Shown here: positions 15,463 through 25,159 of the stretch, one piece after another
How positions within the stretch are numbered: position 1 is the stretch's first letter
Layout of the letters: every line of letters starts with the position of its first letter
DNA from: an uncultured Sangeribacter sp.
GTDB taxonomy: Bacteria; Bacteroidota; Bacteroidia; Bacteroidales; Muribaculaceae
DNA: 64,000 bases
Assembly: GCA_964418705.1 (NCBI GenBank)
Contig: CAYQMV010000002.1
Span: 9,743-73,742, forward strand
Direction: 5' to 3'
The notes under the pieces: model-generated
Database searches by the model: none
Seen by the model: only the letters and a program-made list of their open reading frames with translations
What the model was told of the DNA's origin: nothing
Program-made: the position numbers and the translations under genes

Positions 15463-18093
15463 ATGACACTGAATGAGATTTCATACGCCGGAGCGGCACT
15501 GGGTGTGCTTCTATCCTCCGGATTCTGCATGGCGCGTAGCATAGCCCCGAAAGATGTGGTGGCTGATTTCAATGCCCGCAAGGGTGTGGAATGTATGGAC
15601 GCCCGCATAAATCAGGTGGAAAACATGACTATGAGCGATGATGAAAGGGCTTGTATGCGCTTTCTTTACGCCTATATGCAGTTGCCCGACATTGTGGACT
15701 ATAGTCCGGACTTTTATCTCGGCAATGTGAGAAGCACATTGCGCGCTTTGGAGGAGATGCCGTGGGGAAAGATAATCCCCGACCGGGAGCTTCGCCATTT
15801 CGTGTTGCCGATAAGGGTCAACAATGAGTTCCTCGATGCGAGCCGCGAGGCTTTCTACGGAGAGTTGAGGGAGAGGGTCAGAAATCTCACTATGGAGGAG
15901 GCCATTCTGGAAGTGAACCATTGGTGCCACGAAAAGGTGACCTACCAGCCCTCCGACGCACGCACTTCATCGCCGTTGGCGACGGTGAAGAGTGCCATAG
16001 GACGTTGCGGAGAGGAATCCACGTTCACTGTGGCGGCGTTGCGTGCCGTGGGTATTCCGGCGCGCCAGGTCTACACTCCGCGATGGGCGCACACCGACGA
16101 TAATCATGCGTGGGTGGAGGCTTGGGCCAACGGCAAATGGTATTTCCTCGGCGCGTGTGAGCCGGAGGCTGTCCTTAATCTCGGATGGTTCAACGCTCCG
16201 GCGTCGCGCGGCATGATGATGAACACAAAAGTGTTCGGCAACTACGATGGTCCGGAAGAGGTCATCACCCGTAATGCGGCGTACACCACAATCAATGTCA
16301 CCAAAAACTATGCGCCGGTGTCGACGGTGAAAGTGAAAGTGGTGGATAGCAAAGGGAAAAAGGTTAAGGATGCCAACGTGGAGTTTACCCTTTATAATTA
16401 TGCTGAATTTTACACCATAGCGCAAAAGCGCAGCGATTCCAAAGGTGTCGCCACCCTCACCACCGGACTCGGAGATATGCTCGTGTGGGCAAGCAAGGAT
16501 GGAAAGTATGGATGGGCTAAAGCCACCGCCGGGAAATCCGGCGTTGTGGAGGTGCGTCTTGACAAGAGCGCGTCTTACCGCGGAGTGGAGGATATAGACA
16601 TCATCCCACCCAAGGGTGGCGGCTTGATACCGAAGGTGACACCCGACATGGCGGAGAGGAACAACCTCCGCAAAGAGCGTGAGGATTCCATACGCAAAGC
16701 ATACGAGGCCACATTCATCACCGCGGATGCCGCCAAGGCGTTGGCGGCGCGATGGAACCTTGATGACAAGGAGATGGTGCGTGTGCTCACCGGATCCCGC
16801 GGCAACCATGCCACGTTGGTGAACTTCCTCACCGCCGCCGATGACAAGGTGAAGGGGCTGGCGTTGCTCTCCTCGCTCACCGACAAGGATTTGCGCGACA
16901 TACGAGGCGAAGTGCTCGCGGATGCCATGACTGTGGGCACTGCGGCGTCGAAGGATGAGGTGGATTATGTGATGAATCCACGTGTGGAGTATGAGAATCT
17001 CACCACGTTCAAGGATTATTTCACAAAGAATATCCCCGCGGATAAGCGGAGTGAGTGGCATTCCGATCCCTCGAAGATGGTGGCATGGGTGGCTGGAAAC
17101 ATCAAATGCGACGACACCTATAATTTGCAGGGGATACGCATGAATCCCGAATCGGTATATGAATTGAGGATCGCCGACGCCAAGTCGCGCGACATATTCT
17201 TTGTCAAGCTCGCACGCGCGTTGGATATTAAAGCGCAGTTGGATCCCGTGGATGGAGCGGTGCTTTATTATGAAGAGGCTTCCGCGGCGTGGGTGAAGGT
17301 GGATTTTGATAAATCAGACATGATATCCACGGAGCATAAGGGGGCTGTGATGCTTAATTTCACACCCCATAAGTATATGACGGCCCCCGTCTATTATGCC
17401 CATTTCGCTATCACAAGGATTGAGAATGGCGAGAAGCAGCTGATGGAGTATCCCGAGGATGCCACCTACAGCAACACTTTCGCCACCCGCGTGCCGCTCG
17501 ACACCGGCGACTATATGCTTGTCAGCGGTCAGCGTCTCGCGTCGGGGGAGGTGCTCGGCAGAATATATAATTTCAACGTATTCTCCGGAGAGACCACGCG
17601 GGTTCCGTTGGAGATACGCGCCGATGATTCGGAAATCAGCGTGATTGGCAATTTCAATGCCGAGAACATATACTACGACCTCACCACCGACACGGATAAA
17701 TCTGTGCTCTCCACCACCGGGCGCGGATATTATATCCTTGGGGTCATCAATTCCAACCATGAGCCGTCGGAGCATCTGCTCAATGAGATTTCAGCGATGA
17801 AGGATGAATTTGAGGCGTATGGTAAGCCGGTGATTCTTCTTTTCGCCGACCATAGCGTGGCGGCGAGGTTTGATGCCTCACGTTTCCCGAATCTTCCGTC
17901 GAATATACGTTTCGGTGTTGACACCACCGGGGAAATTGCGTCGGAGATACTTGAATCCATGGGCGCGGAAGGGAGCGAGTTTCCTCTGCTTATCGTGGCG
18001 GACACATTCAATAGAATAGTGTCGTTCAGCCAGGGATATTCCATCGGATCCGCCAACCGTGTCCTCGATGTGATTAAAAGAGTTGAGGAATAG
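15463..18093 (+). CDS. Transglutaminase-like (papain-fold Cys-His-Asp) domain protein, 876 aa
   Basis: The transglutaminase core is GRCGEESTFTVAALRAVGIPARQVYTPRW.HTDDNHAWVEAW. The long C-terminal extension ends in a thioredoxin-fold-like segment lacking CxxC. Confidence 0.8.
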   Translation: MTLNEISYAGAALGVLLSSGFCMARSIAPKDVVADFNARKGVECMDARINQVENMTMSDDERACMRFLYAYMQLPDIVDYSPDFYLGNVRSTLRALEEMPWGKIIPDRELRHFVLPIRVNNEFLDASREAFYGELRERVRNLTMEEAILEVNHWCHEKVTYQPSDARTSSPLATVKSAIGRCGEESTFTVAALRAVGIPARQVYTPRWAHTDDNHAWVEAWANGKWYFLGACEPEAVLNLGWFNAPASRGMMMNTKVFGNYDGPEEVITRNAAYTTINVTKNYAPVSTVKVKVVDSKGKKVKDANVEFTLYNYAEFYTIAQKRSDSKGVATLTTGLGDMLVWASKDGKYGWAKATAGKSGVVEVRLDKSASYRGVEDIDIIPPKGGGLIPKVTPDMAERNNLRKEREDSIRKAYEATFITADAAKALAARWNLDDKEMVRVLTGSRGNHATLVNFLTAADDKVKGLALLSSLTDKDLRDIRGEVLADAMTVGTAASKDEVDYVMNPRVEYENLTTFKDYFTKNIPADKRSEWHSDPSKMVAWVAGNIKCDDTYNLQGIRMNPESVYELRIADAKSRDIFFVKLARALDIKAQLDPVDGAVLYYEEASAAWVKVDFDKSDMISTEHKGAVMLNFTPHKYMTAPVYYAHFAITRIENGEKQLMEYPEDATYSNTFATRVPLDTGDYMLVSGQRLASGEVLGRIYNFNVFSGETTRVPLEIRADDSEISVIGNFNAENIYYDLTTDTDKSVLSTTGRGYYILGVINSNHEPSEHLLNEISAMKDEFEAYGKPVILLFADHSVAARFDASRFPNLPSNIRFGVDTTGEIASEILESMGAEGSEFPLLIVADTFNRIVSFSQGYSIGSANRVLDVIKRVEE

Positions 18094-18151
18094 TAAGACG
18101 TGGAAGAATAGAAAAGAGTTGAGGAATAGAGCGCTGTTGCTAAAAAAGTAT

Positions 18152-18159
18152 TAACTTTG
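18152..18159 (+). promoter_or_regulatory. Candidate -7 box TAACTTTG for the GH36/manA genes
   Basis: Exact TAnnTTTG match, 34 nt upstream of the ATG at 18193. Confidence 0.5.
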
Positions 18160-18192
18160 CGCATCAATTAACTTTTTCTTAAAACGGAAATC

Positions 18193-20406
18193 ATGATCAG
18201 AAATGTAGTAAAAGGTGTTGTTGTTTTTTCAATGCTCTCCGGCATAGCTCCGGTGAGGGCTGAATTGATAAATGTTTCGACAGCAAATTCATCGCTTGTT
18301 TTGGATGCGAATGTTGGGTCTCCGCTGAAATTCGTGTATTATGGGGCAAATCTGAAGGATTCAGACATTCAGAATCTTAAGAGCTCCGGAATCGCGGATG
18401 TGGATGCCTATCCCGTGTATGGCATGGTAGCGGCGAGGGAGACCGCCATGAGTGTGGTTCACGCCGATGGGAATATGACCCTCGACTTGCAGGTGCAGGA
18501 TATAAAAAAGGAATATGATGCCGAAAAAGGTACTAATTTGACCTCCGTGGTCATGAAGGATAAGTATTATCCTTTCGTGGTTGTGGTGAAATATCAGACA
18601 TATTCCGATTCGGATATTATAGAGACATGGGTTGAGGTGACCAACAATGAGAAGAAGAGTGTGAGCCTCACCTCCTTTGATTCGGCGTATATGCCGTTGC
18701 GCTACGGGGATGTCTATCTCTCCTCGTTCTATGGTTCGTGGGCTAATGAGGAGCGTCTTGAGGAGGCGCCGCTCGCCCACGGCATGAAGGTGATAAAGAA
18801 CAAAGATGGCGTGCGCAACTCCCACACCGCCCATTCCGAGGTGATGTTCTCCCTCGACGGGGTTCCGCAGGAGCGTACCGGCAGAGTGATCGGCGCGGCG
18901 TTGTGCTATAGCGGAAATTACCGTTTGCGTATCGACACCGATGATTCCAACTATCATCATTTCTATGCCGGCATCAATCCCGACAATTCGACTTATACGT
19001 TGCAGCGCGGTGAGACATTCGTCACTCCCGCCGTGGCGTTCGCATACTCCGATGAGGGTAAGGGTGGCGTGAGCCGCGCTTTCCACCGCTGGGGCCGCAA
19101 CCATAAAATCGCCCATGGCAACGTGGAGCGCAAAATCCTCCTCAACAGCTGGGAGGGGGTTTACTTCGACATCAATGAGGAGGGTATGGCGCAGATGATG
19201 AGCGATATCTCCTCCATGGGCGGCGAACTCTTCGTGATGGACGACGGATGGTTCGGCGATAAGTATCCGCGCAACAAAGACACATCCTCGTTGGGTGATT
19301 GGGTGGTCGACAGACGCAAACTCCCTTCGGGAATCCAAGGACTTATCGACACCGCCAAGAAGAACAATATAAAATTCGGAATATGGATTGAGCCGGAGAT
19401 GACCAACTCCGTCAGTGAGCTTTACGACAAGCATCCGGAGTATATTATCAAGCCAAGCAACCGTGAGGCTGTTCAAGGACGCGGCGGCACGCAGTTGGTG
19501 CTTGACCTCTCCAATCCGAAAGTGCAGGATTTGGTGTTCAATATCGTTGACACATTGATGACCAAGTATCCTGAACTTGACTATATAAAATGGGACGCCA
19601 ACGCACCTATCATGAACCATGGGTCGCAGTATCTCACCGCCGATAAGCAATCACACCTTATGATAGAGTATCACCGCGGTTTCGCCGCCGTGTGCGACAG
19701 AATACGCGCCAAATATCCCGACCTCACCATCCAGGCGTGCGCCAGCGGTGGCGGCAGGGCTAACTATGGCGTCCTTCCTTGGTTTGATGAGTTTTGGGTG
19801 AGCGACAACACCGACGCTCTCCAGCGCGTGTATATGCAATGGGGCACCAGCCACTTCTTCCCCGCGATCACCATGGCGTCGCATATCAGCGCAGCCCCCA
19901 ACCATCAGACCTTCCGCACCATCCCTTTGAAATATCGTATTGATGTGGCTATGAGCGGAAGATTGGGAATGGAGATCCAGCCTAAGAATATGACGGAGGC
20001 GGAGAAAAATCTTTGCCGCCGCGCCATCGCGCAATATAAGGAGATACGTCCGGTGGTCCAATTCGGCGACATCTACCGTCTTCTCTCCCCCTACGACAAT
20101 CTCGGAGCCGCGTCGTTGATGTATGTGGCGGAGGATAAGTCGCAGGCGGTGTTCTACTGGTGGAAAACCGAGTCGTTTGTCAACCAGCAGTTGCCGCGCG
20201 TGACTATGGATGGTCTCGACCCCGACAAAGAGTACCGAGTGGAGGAACTTAACCGCATCGACAACAGTCCCCTCCCATGCGAGGGTAAAGTATTCTCCGG
20301 CAAATTCCTTATGACCGTAGGTTTGGAGATGCCCTTGGACCACGATGTGGACTACAACACACGCAACGACTACGCAAGCCGTGTGCTTCGTTTGACAGTG
20401 ATTTGA
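18193..20406 (+). CDS. Alpha-galactosidase (GH36)
   Basis: Contains LLNSWEGVYFDINE...FVMDDGWFG.KYPRN.D.SSLGDW and the KWD...CASGGGR blocks typical of GH36. Signal peptide present. Confidence 0.9.
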   Translation: MIRNVVKGVVVFSMLSGIAPVRAELINVSTANSSLVLDANVGSPLKFVYYGANLKDSDIQNLKSSGIADVDAYPVYGMVAARETAMSVVHADGNMTLDLQVQDIKKEYDAEKGTNLTSVVMKDKYYPFVVVVKYQTYSDSDIIETWVEVTNNEKKSVSLTSFDSAYMPLRYGDVYLSSFYGSWANEERLEEAPLAHGMKVIKNKDGVRNSHTAHSEVMFSLDGVPQERTGRVIGAALCYSGNYRLRIDTDDSNYHHFYAGINPDNSTYTLQRGETFVTPAVAFAYSDEGKGGVSRAFHRWGRNHKIAHGNVERKILLNSWEGVYFDINEEGMAQMMSDISSMGGELFVMDDGWFGDKYPRNKDTSSLGDWVVDRRKLPSGIQGLIDTAKKNNIKFGIWIEPEMTNSVSELYDKHPEYIIKPSNREAVQGRGGTQLVLDLSNPKVQDLVFNIVDTLMTKYPELDYIKWDANAPIMNHGSQYLTADKQSHLMIEYHRGFAAVCDRIRAKYPDLTIQACASGGGRANYGVLPWFDEFWVSDNTDALQRVYMQWGTSHFFPAITMASHISAAPNHQTFRTIPLKYRIDVAMSGRLGMEIQPKNMTEAEKNLCRRAIAQYKEIRPVVQFGDIYRLLSPYDNLGAASLMYVAEDKSQAVFYWWKTESFVNQQLPRVTMDGLDPDKEYRVEELNRIDNSPLPCEGKVFSGKFLMTVGLEMPLDHDVDYNTRNDYASRVLRLTVI

Positions 20407-20430
20407 TTAATTTTGATTTAGTATTATATT

Positions 20431-21417
20431 ATGAAGATTGACACATCTTTAGCGGTGAATAAACCGTTGAAATTCCAACCCTATTTCAAGCCTGTGATTT
20501 GGGGTGGTGAGAAAATTGGTAAGTACAAAGGCGTGGCGATAGATTCCGATTGCATCGGGGAGAGCTGGGAGCTTTCCGCGGTCCCCGGACATGAGTCGGT
20601 GGTTTCCGAGGGAGTGTTTGCCGGAAAGAGCATCACCGACCTTGCGGAGGCTTACGGGGCTGAATTGCTCGGCACCAAGACCGTGGAGAAATATGGCAAG
20701 GTGTTTCCGTTGCTTATCAAGCTTATCGATGCGCGCAGCGACCTTTCTGTGCAGGTGCATCCCGATGACAAACTCGCCAAGGAACGCCACAACTGCGCCG
20801 GGAAAACGGAGATGTGGTATGTGGTTGACTGCGAAAAGGATGCCAACATCTATTGCGGACTCTCGGCGGCGTTGACCCCCGAGGGGTATGTGGAGAGAAT
20901 CGCCGACAACAGCATCATGGATGTGGTGGGCGCGTATAAGTCCGCGCCGGGGCAGTTCTATTTCATCCCCGCCGGCACAATCCACGCCATCGGCGCCGGC
21001 AACCTTATCGCTGAGATACAGCAGTCCAGCGATATCACCTACCGCGTGTATGACTACGACCGCCGCGATGCCGAGGGTAATCCCCGTCAGTTGCATACTG
21101 AGGAGGCGAAGGATGCCATCAACTATGCTTTCCCCCACACAGTGGAGCCTACCGCCAAGAGTTTCGCCGCCACCACTCCCGGTGCGGTGAAATCCGACTA
21201 TTTCACGGTGGATTTCCTTGAGGGTGATGGCAGCGCGTTGGAATACGCTTCCGCCGGAGAATCTTTTGTGGTGCTTATGGCGATAAAAGGTGAGGTGGAG
21301 ATCGGAATTGACGGTGAGGTCACTCTGTTGCGTCAGGGTGAGACCGCTCTGATTCCGGCATGTGTTAAAAACTATTCATTAAAAGTGTCTGCCCGGGCAT
21401 TGAGGGTGACTCTTTAA
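20431..21417 (+). CDS. manA: Mannose-6-phosphate isomerase, class I
   Basis: Contains PVIWGGEKI...GESWELS..PG, QVHPDD and the EMWYV cupin motifs. Confidence 0.85.
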   Translation: MKIDTSLAVNKPLKFQPYFKPVIWGGEKIGKYKGVAIDSDCIGESWELSAVPGHESVVSEGVFAGKSITDLAEAYGAELLGTKTVEKYGKVFPLLIKLIDARSDLSVQVHPDDKLAKERHNCAGKTEMWYVVDCEKDANIYCGLSAALTPEGYVERIADNSIMDVVGAYKSAPGQFYFIPAGTIHAIGAGNLIAEIQQSSDITYRVYDYDRRDAEGNPRQLHTEEAKDAINYAFPHTVEPTAKSFAATTPGAVKSDYFTVDFLEGDGSALEYASAGESFVVLMAIKGEVEIGIDGEVTLLRQGETALIPACVKNYSLKVSARALRVTL

Positions 21418-21474
21418 ATTCATATTATGTGTGGGCGCGGAGGTCAGCCGCCGCGCCCGCACACTTTCTCTTTT

Positions 21475-22347
21475 ATGCCTCAAATAATAACCGAAATCAC
21501 GCCGTTGTCGCCGGCGGACTGCTTTTACCTTATATCACGCGACAAAATGTCGTTCGACTACCCTTTGCACCGTCATGAAGATTTTGAATTGAATTTTGTG
21601 GCTCATTGCGCCGGGGCGCGCCGCATCGTGGGTGACTCCATGGTGGAGTTGGGCGAGTATGACCTTGTGCTCATAGGTGGAAACCTTCCCCATTGTTGGG
21701 ATCAATACCGATGCAAAAGCAGCAATATCCATGAAGTGACGATCCAATTCTCAGACAGCCTCATCTCTCCGGAGATGATGATGAAGAACCAGCTGGAGAG
21801 CATCCGCAATATGTTTGAACATGCGCGCACGGGACTCTCGTTCGACCTCCCGGTGATTATGTCGATCTACAACAAACTTGACGAACTCACCAAATCGCAG
21901 CCGGGATTCCTACGCTTGCTGAAACTTCTTGAGATACTCTACATCCTTTCCATGTCGAATTACCACACTCTCTCCACCTCTTCGTTCGCCGATGTGAAGA
22001 GTCCCACGGATTCGCGCCGGGTGAAGAAAGTGGAGGAGGAGATAGCGCGCAACTACAATAAGCAAATCTATCTCAAGGATCTCGCCGATATGGTGGGAAT
22101 GACCCCCACGGCGTTCAGCCGTTTCTTCAAATTGCGCACCGGACGCACCCTCTCCGACTATATAATCGACATACGCATGGGCCATGCGGCGCGGATGCTT
22201 GTCAACACCACCATGACCATGGCGGAGATATGCTATGAATGTGGTTTCAACAATATCTCTAACTTCAACCGTATTTTCAAGAAACGCAAAGGATGCTGCC
22301 CGAAAGAGTTCCGCGAGAATTACCTTAAAACGAAGCTTATCATTTAA
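21475..22347 (+). CDS. AraC-family transcriptional regulator (N-terminal cupin sensor, C-terminal double HTH)
   Basis: Cupin region HRHEDFELNFV. HTH region LADMVGMTPTAFSRFF...ICYECGFNNISNFNRIFKK. I prefer the start at MPQIITE (21475) over 21427. Confidence 0.85.
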   Translation: MPQIITEITPLSPADCFYLISRDKMSFDYPLHRHEDFELNFVAHCAGARRIVGDSMVELGEYDLVLIGGNLPHCWDQYRCKSSNIHEVTIQFSDSLISPEMMMKNQLESIRNMFEHARTGLSFDLPVIMSIYNKLDELTKSQPGFLRLLKLLEILYILSMSNYHTLSTSSFADVKSPTDSRRVKKVEEEIARNYNKQIYLKDLADMVGMTPTAFSRFFKLRTGRTLSDYIIDIRMGHAARMLVNTTMTMAEICYECGFNNISNFNRIFKKRKGCCPKEFRENYLKTKLII

Positions 22348-22520
22348 TAGCGTCAAGACATTGTCTCCGTTGTCGCATCGCCGGCGGTATCATTCTGATG
22401 GATTGCAGATTATGGGATCCTCATTTGAACGATGCGTCAACTGCTTATGCTAATATAATACAAATTTACCTGATTGTGATACTATTGTTGCAATCCCTTT
22501 GCTTGTAATATAATACTTTA

Positions 22521-22528
22521 TAGCTTTG
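22521..22528 (+). promoter_or_regulatory. Candidate -7 box TAGCTTTG for the GH5 gene
   Basis: Exact TAnnTTTG match, 34 nt upstream of the ATG at 22562. Confidence 0.45.
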
Positions 22529-22561
22529 CATTATACTTTTCTCAATTAACAGAATAAAGTC

Positions 22562-23533
22562 ATGAAAATCAGGTTTAAGCAACTCTTAGTTGCGGTTCTT
22601 TTATCCCTCAGTCCCCTCTCCTACGACGCTGTCGCGGGGGTGGTGTCGGAAAATGGAGAATTAAGAGTCGATGGGGCGAATCTTGTCAATGCCGAAGGGG
22701 TGGCGCTGCAATTGCGCGGTGTGAGTCTGGGATGGCATTGCTTGTGGCCCAAGTTCTATAATCAATCCGTGGTGGACCGCCTGTCGAAGGATTGGAACAC
22801 CGATATCGTGAGATGCGCCATAGGACTTGACCTCGGAGATCTCTCTTTCGAACAGCGTCCGGAATTGGGCTATGCCCTTTTGGACAATGTGGTGAAGGGT
22901 GCCGTGGAGAACGATATATATCTGCTTGTGGATTTTCATAGCCATGCCAACAATCTAGCATTGGCGAAAGAGTTTTTCGCCCACACCGCGGAGAAATATG
23001 GCAAACTCCCCAATATCCTTTTTGAAATATGGAACGAGCCCCGTGAGGTGGAATGGAAGGAGATTAAGGATTATGCGACGGAGATTATTCCCGTGATTCG
23101 CAAATATGCCCCTAATTCCATCATCATAGTACCCACCCCCCGTTGGGATCAGGATATTGACCTCGCCGCCGATGATCCGTTGGTGGGCTACAACAATATA
23201 ATGTATTCGGTGCATTATTACGCCGCCACCCACACCGACTATTTCCGACAGAAAGCCCTCTATGCTATCTCCAAAGGATTGCCGGTGTTTATGAGCGAGT
23301 GCGCCGCGATGACCCACACCGGCGACGGAGTGCTTGATATGGATTCTTGGGAGGAGTGGCAACGTATCGCCGACGAGAATAACATCAGCTGGATCGCTTG
23401 GTCGCTCTCCGACAAGAAAGAAACATGCTCGATGCTCCGTCCCGACACATTCTCCAACGCCGAATCGTGGACCGAGGATAATCTCAAGCCATGGGCGCTT
23501 CTCGTGAAATACTATTTAAATAAGGGAAGATAG
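22562..23533 (+). CDS. GH5 glycoside hydrolase (cellulase-family endo-beta-1,4-glycanase)
   Basis: Signal peptide. Contains LRGVSLGW, DFHSH, the acid/base block FEIWNEP and the nucleophile region FMSECA. Confidence 0.8.
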   Translation: MKIRFKQLLVAVLLSLSPLSYDAVAGVVSENGELRVDGANLVNAEGVALQLRGVSLGWHCLWPKFYNQSVVDRLSKDWNTDIVRCAIGLDLGDLSFEQRPELGYALLDNVVKGAVENDIYLLVDFHSHANNLALAKEFFAHTAEKYGKLPNILFEIWNEPREVEWKEIKDYATEIIPVIRKYAPNSIIIVPTPRWDQDIDLAADDPLVGYNNIMYSVHYYAATHTDYFRQKALYAISKGLPVFMSECAAMTHTGDGVLDMDSWEEWQRIADENNISWIAWSLSDKKETCSMLRPDTFSNAESWTEDNLKPWALLVKYYLNKGR

Positions 23534-23547
23534 ACAGCTTGGATTTA

Positions 23548-23572
23548 TTAGCACCCCCCCCCTTGGTGCTAA
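23548..23572 (+). terminator. Hairpin with a C9 loop after the GH5 gene (weak terminator candidate)
   Basis: ttagcacc pairs with ggtgctaa around a poly-C loop (C9 at 23554-23562). There is no strong T-run. Confidence 0.35.
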
Positions 23573-23589
23573 AATAAGGGAGGTGGAAT

Positions 23590-23670
23590 ACGATAAGAAT
23601 CGTGGAATAAAATAAGGATTATAACGATAAGAATCGTGGAATAAAGAAACGATAAGAATCGTAGAATAAA
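23590..23670 (+). repeat. Three copies of a 22-bp unit ACGATAAGAATCGTGGAATAAA, each with an internal ACGAT/ATCGT inverted repeat
   Basis: Copies lie at 23590-23611, 23624-23645 and 23649-23670 (the third has one mismatch). The array ends 16 nt before the esterase ATG. Confidence 0.9.
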
Positions 23671-23686
23671 ATAAGGATAGAAAATA

Positions 23687-25111
23687 ATGAAAAAGATATT
23701 TATATCGTCGGCGATGGCGTTGCTGCCGTTTATCGCATCGGCGGAATTGACATTGCCGGAGATTATCGGCGACAATATGGTTCTCCAACAGCGAAGCGAC
23801 GCTAAGTTGTGGGGATGGGCGGCTCCGGGCAAGGAGGTAGCTGTGACCACTTCGTGGACCGGTAAGACTGTGATTAAAACCAAAGTCGACAAGGATGGAC
23901 GATGGGAAATCTGTGTCCCCACCACTGAAGCGTCGTTCCAGCCGCAGAGCATCACGGTGAACGGCGACGGCTCCACAGTCACCATCAACAATGTGTTGAT
24001 AGGGGAGGTGTGGTTCTGTTCCGGACAATCGAATATGGAGATGCCGTTGCGCGGCTTCTGGACACAGCCGGTGGAGGATGCGGCGCAAGCCATAGCTTAT
24101 TCCGGCAAATATCCCGGCATCCGCGTGGCTACGGTGCCCAAGCGCGCCTCCTACACTCCGCAGGATCGTGTGGAGGGTTCATGGAAGGTCAGCTCTCCCG
24201 CCAACGCCGGTGAGTTCACCGCCGTGGGTTATTTCTTCGCCCGTTCGCTGACGGATATCTTGAATGTGCCGGTGGGCATCATCAGTTGCGCCTACGGCGG
24301 CAGCAAGGTGGAGGGATGGGAGTCCAAGGAGTTGCTCGACACTTATCCCGAGTGGAGTGTGGAGAAGGAACAGGCGGATGATTCCATCCAGGAATGGGAG
24401 AGAATCAACGTGATGTACAACGCCATGCTTCATCCCCTTATCGGCTACACCGTGAAGGGTTTCCTTTGGAACCAGGGAGAGTCGAATGTTGGCCGCCACG
24501 ACACTTATCCGCAGCACTTCGCCGATATGGTGGAACTCTGGCGCAAGGAGTGGGGTATGGGCGAGCTTCCCATCTATCAAGTGGAGATTCCCGGATGGAA
24601 CTACGGCAACCCCGAGGCAATAGACGCGGCGTTGTTGCGCGAGGCGCAGCATGAAGCGGCAGCCATCACCCCCAATTGCGGCATCGTCTCCACTTCCGAC
24701 CTCCTTTATCCTTACGAATTGGAGGATATCCACGCTTCACGCAAGCAGGAGATAGGTGAGCGTTTGGCGTTCATGGCGGCGGCGAAGACTTATGATATCG
24801 CCGGAATACCGTGCGAATATCCCGCTTATAAATCCATGGAGGTGGATGGAAACAAAGCCACGCTGCATTTCATTAACGCCGACAACGGCTTCACCCCCAA
24901 TGATGTGCTTGAGGGCTTTGAAGTGGCTGGAGAGGATATGGTTTTCCATCCCGCCGACGCCACCGAGATTTACGATACCCGCGACATAGAGGTCTCCTCC
25001 TCCGAGGTGGAGAAAATCGTCGCGGTGAGATACGACTTTAAGAATTTCGCTATTGGAAAGGTTCACAATCTCATGGGGCTCCCTTTGATTCCTTTCCGCA
25101 CGGATAAATAA
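23687..25111 (+). CDS. SASA/DUF303-family carbohydrate O-acetylesterase (annotated elsewhere as sialate O-acetylesterase-like)
   Basis: Signal peptide. Contains LPEIIGDNMVLQQ...W and the GEVWFCSGQSNME catalytic Ser block. Confidence 0.8.
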   Translation: MKKIFISSAMALLPFIASAELTLPEIIGDNMVLQQRSDAKLWGWAAPGKEVAVTTSWTGKTVIKTKVDKDGRWEICVPTTEASFQPQSITVNGDGSTVTINNVLIGEVWFCSGQSNMEMPLRGFWTQPVEDAAQAIAYSGKYPGIRVATVPKRASYTPQDRVEGSWKVSSPANAGEFTAVGYFFARSLTDILNVPVGIISCAYGGSKVEGWESKELLDTYPEWSVEKEQADDSIQEWERINVMYNAMLHPLIGYTVKGFLWNQGESNVGRHDTYPQHFADMVELWRKEWGMGELPIYQVEIPGWNYGNPEAIDAALLREAQHEAAAITPNCGIVSTSDLLYPYELEDIHASRKQEIGERLAFMAAAKTYDIAGIPCEYPAYKSMEVDGNKATLHFINADNGFTPNDVLEGFEVAGEDMVFHPADATEIYDTRDIEVSSSEVEKIVAVRYDFKNFAIGKVHNLMGLPLIPFRTDK

Positions 25112-25159
25112 GGAAAACGGAAAATTAAGAAACGTTACGTGAATTAAGAATAAGGTTCC

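Noticed and set aside
23516-24093. Two overlapping minus-strand ORFs (190 and 174 aa) spanning the repeat region and the start of the esterase gene
   Set aside because: They are antisense to a well-supported esterase gene and run through intergenic repeats. They have no motifs and no promoter.
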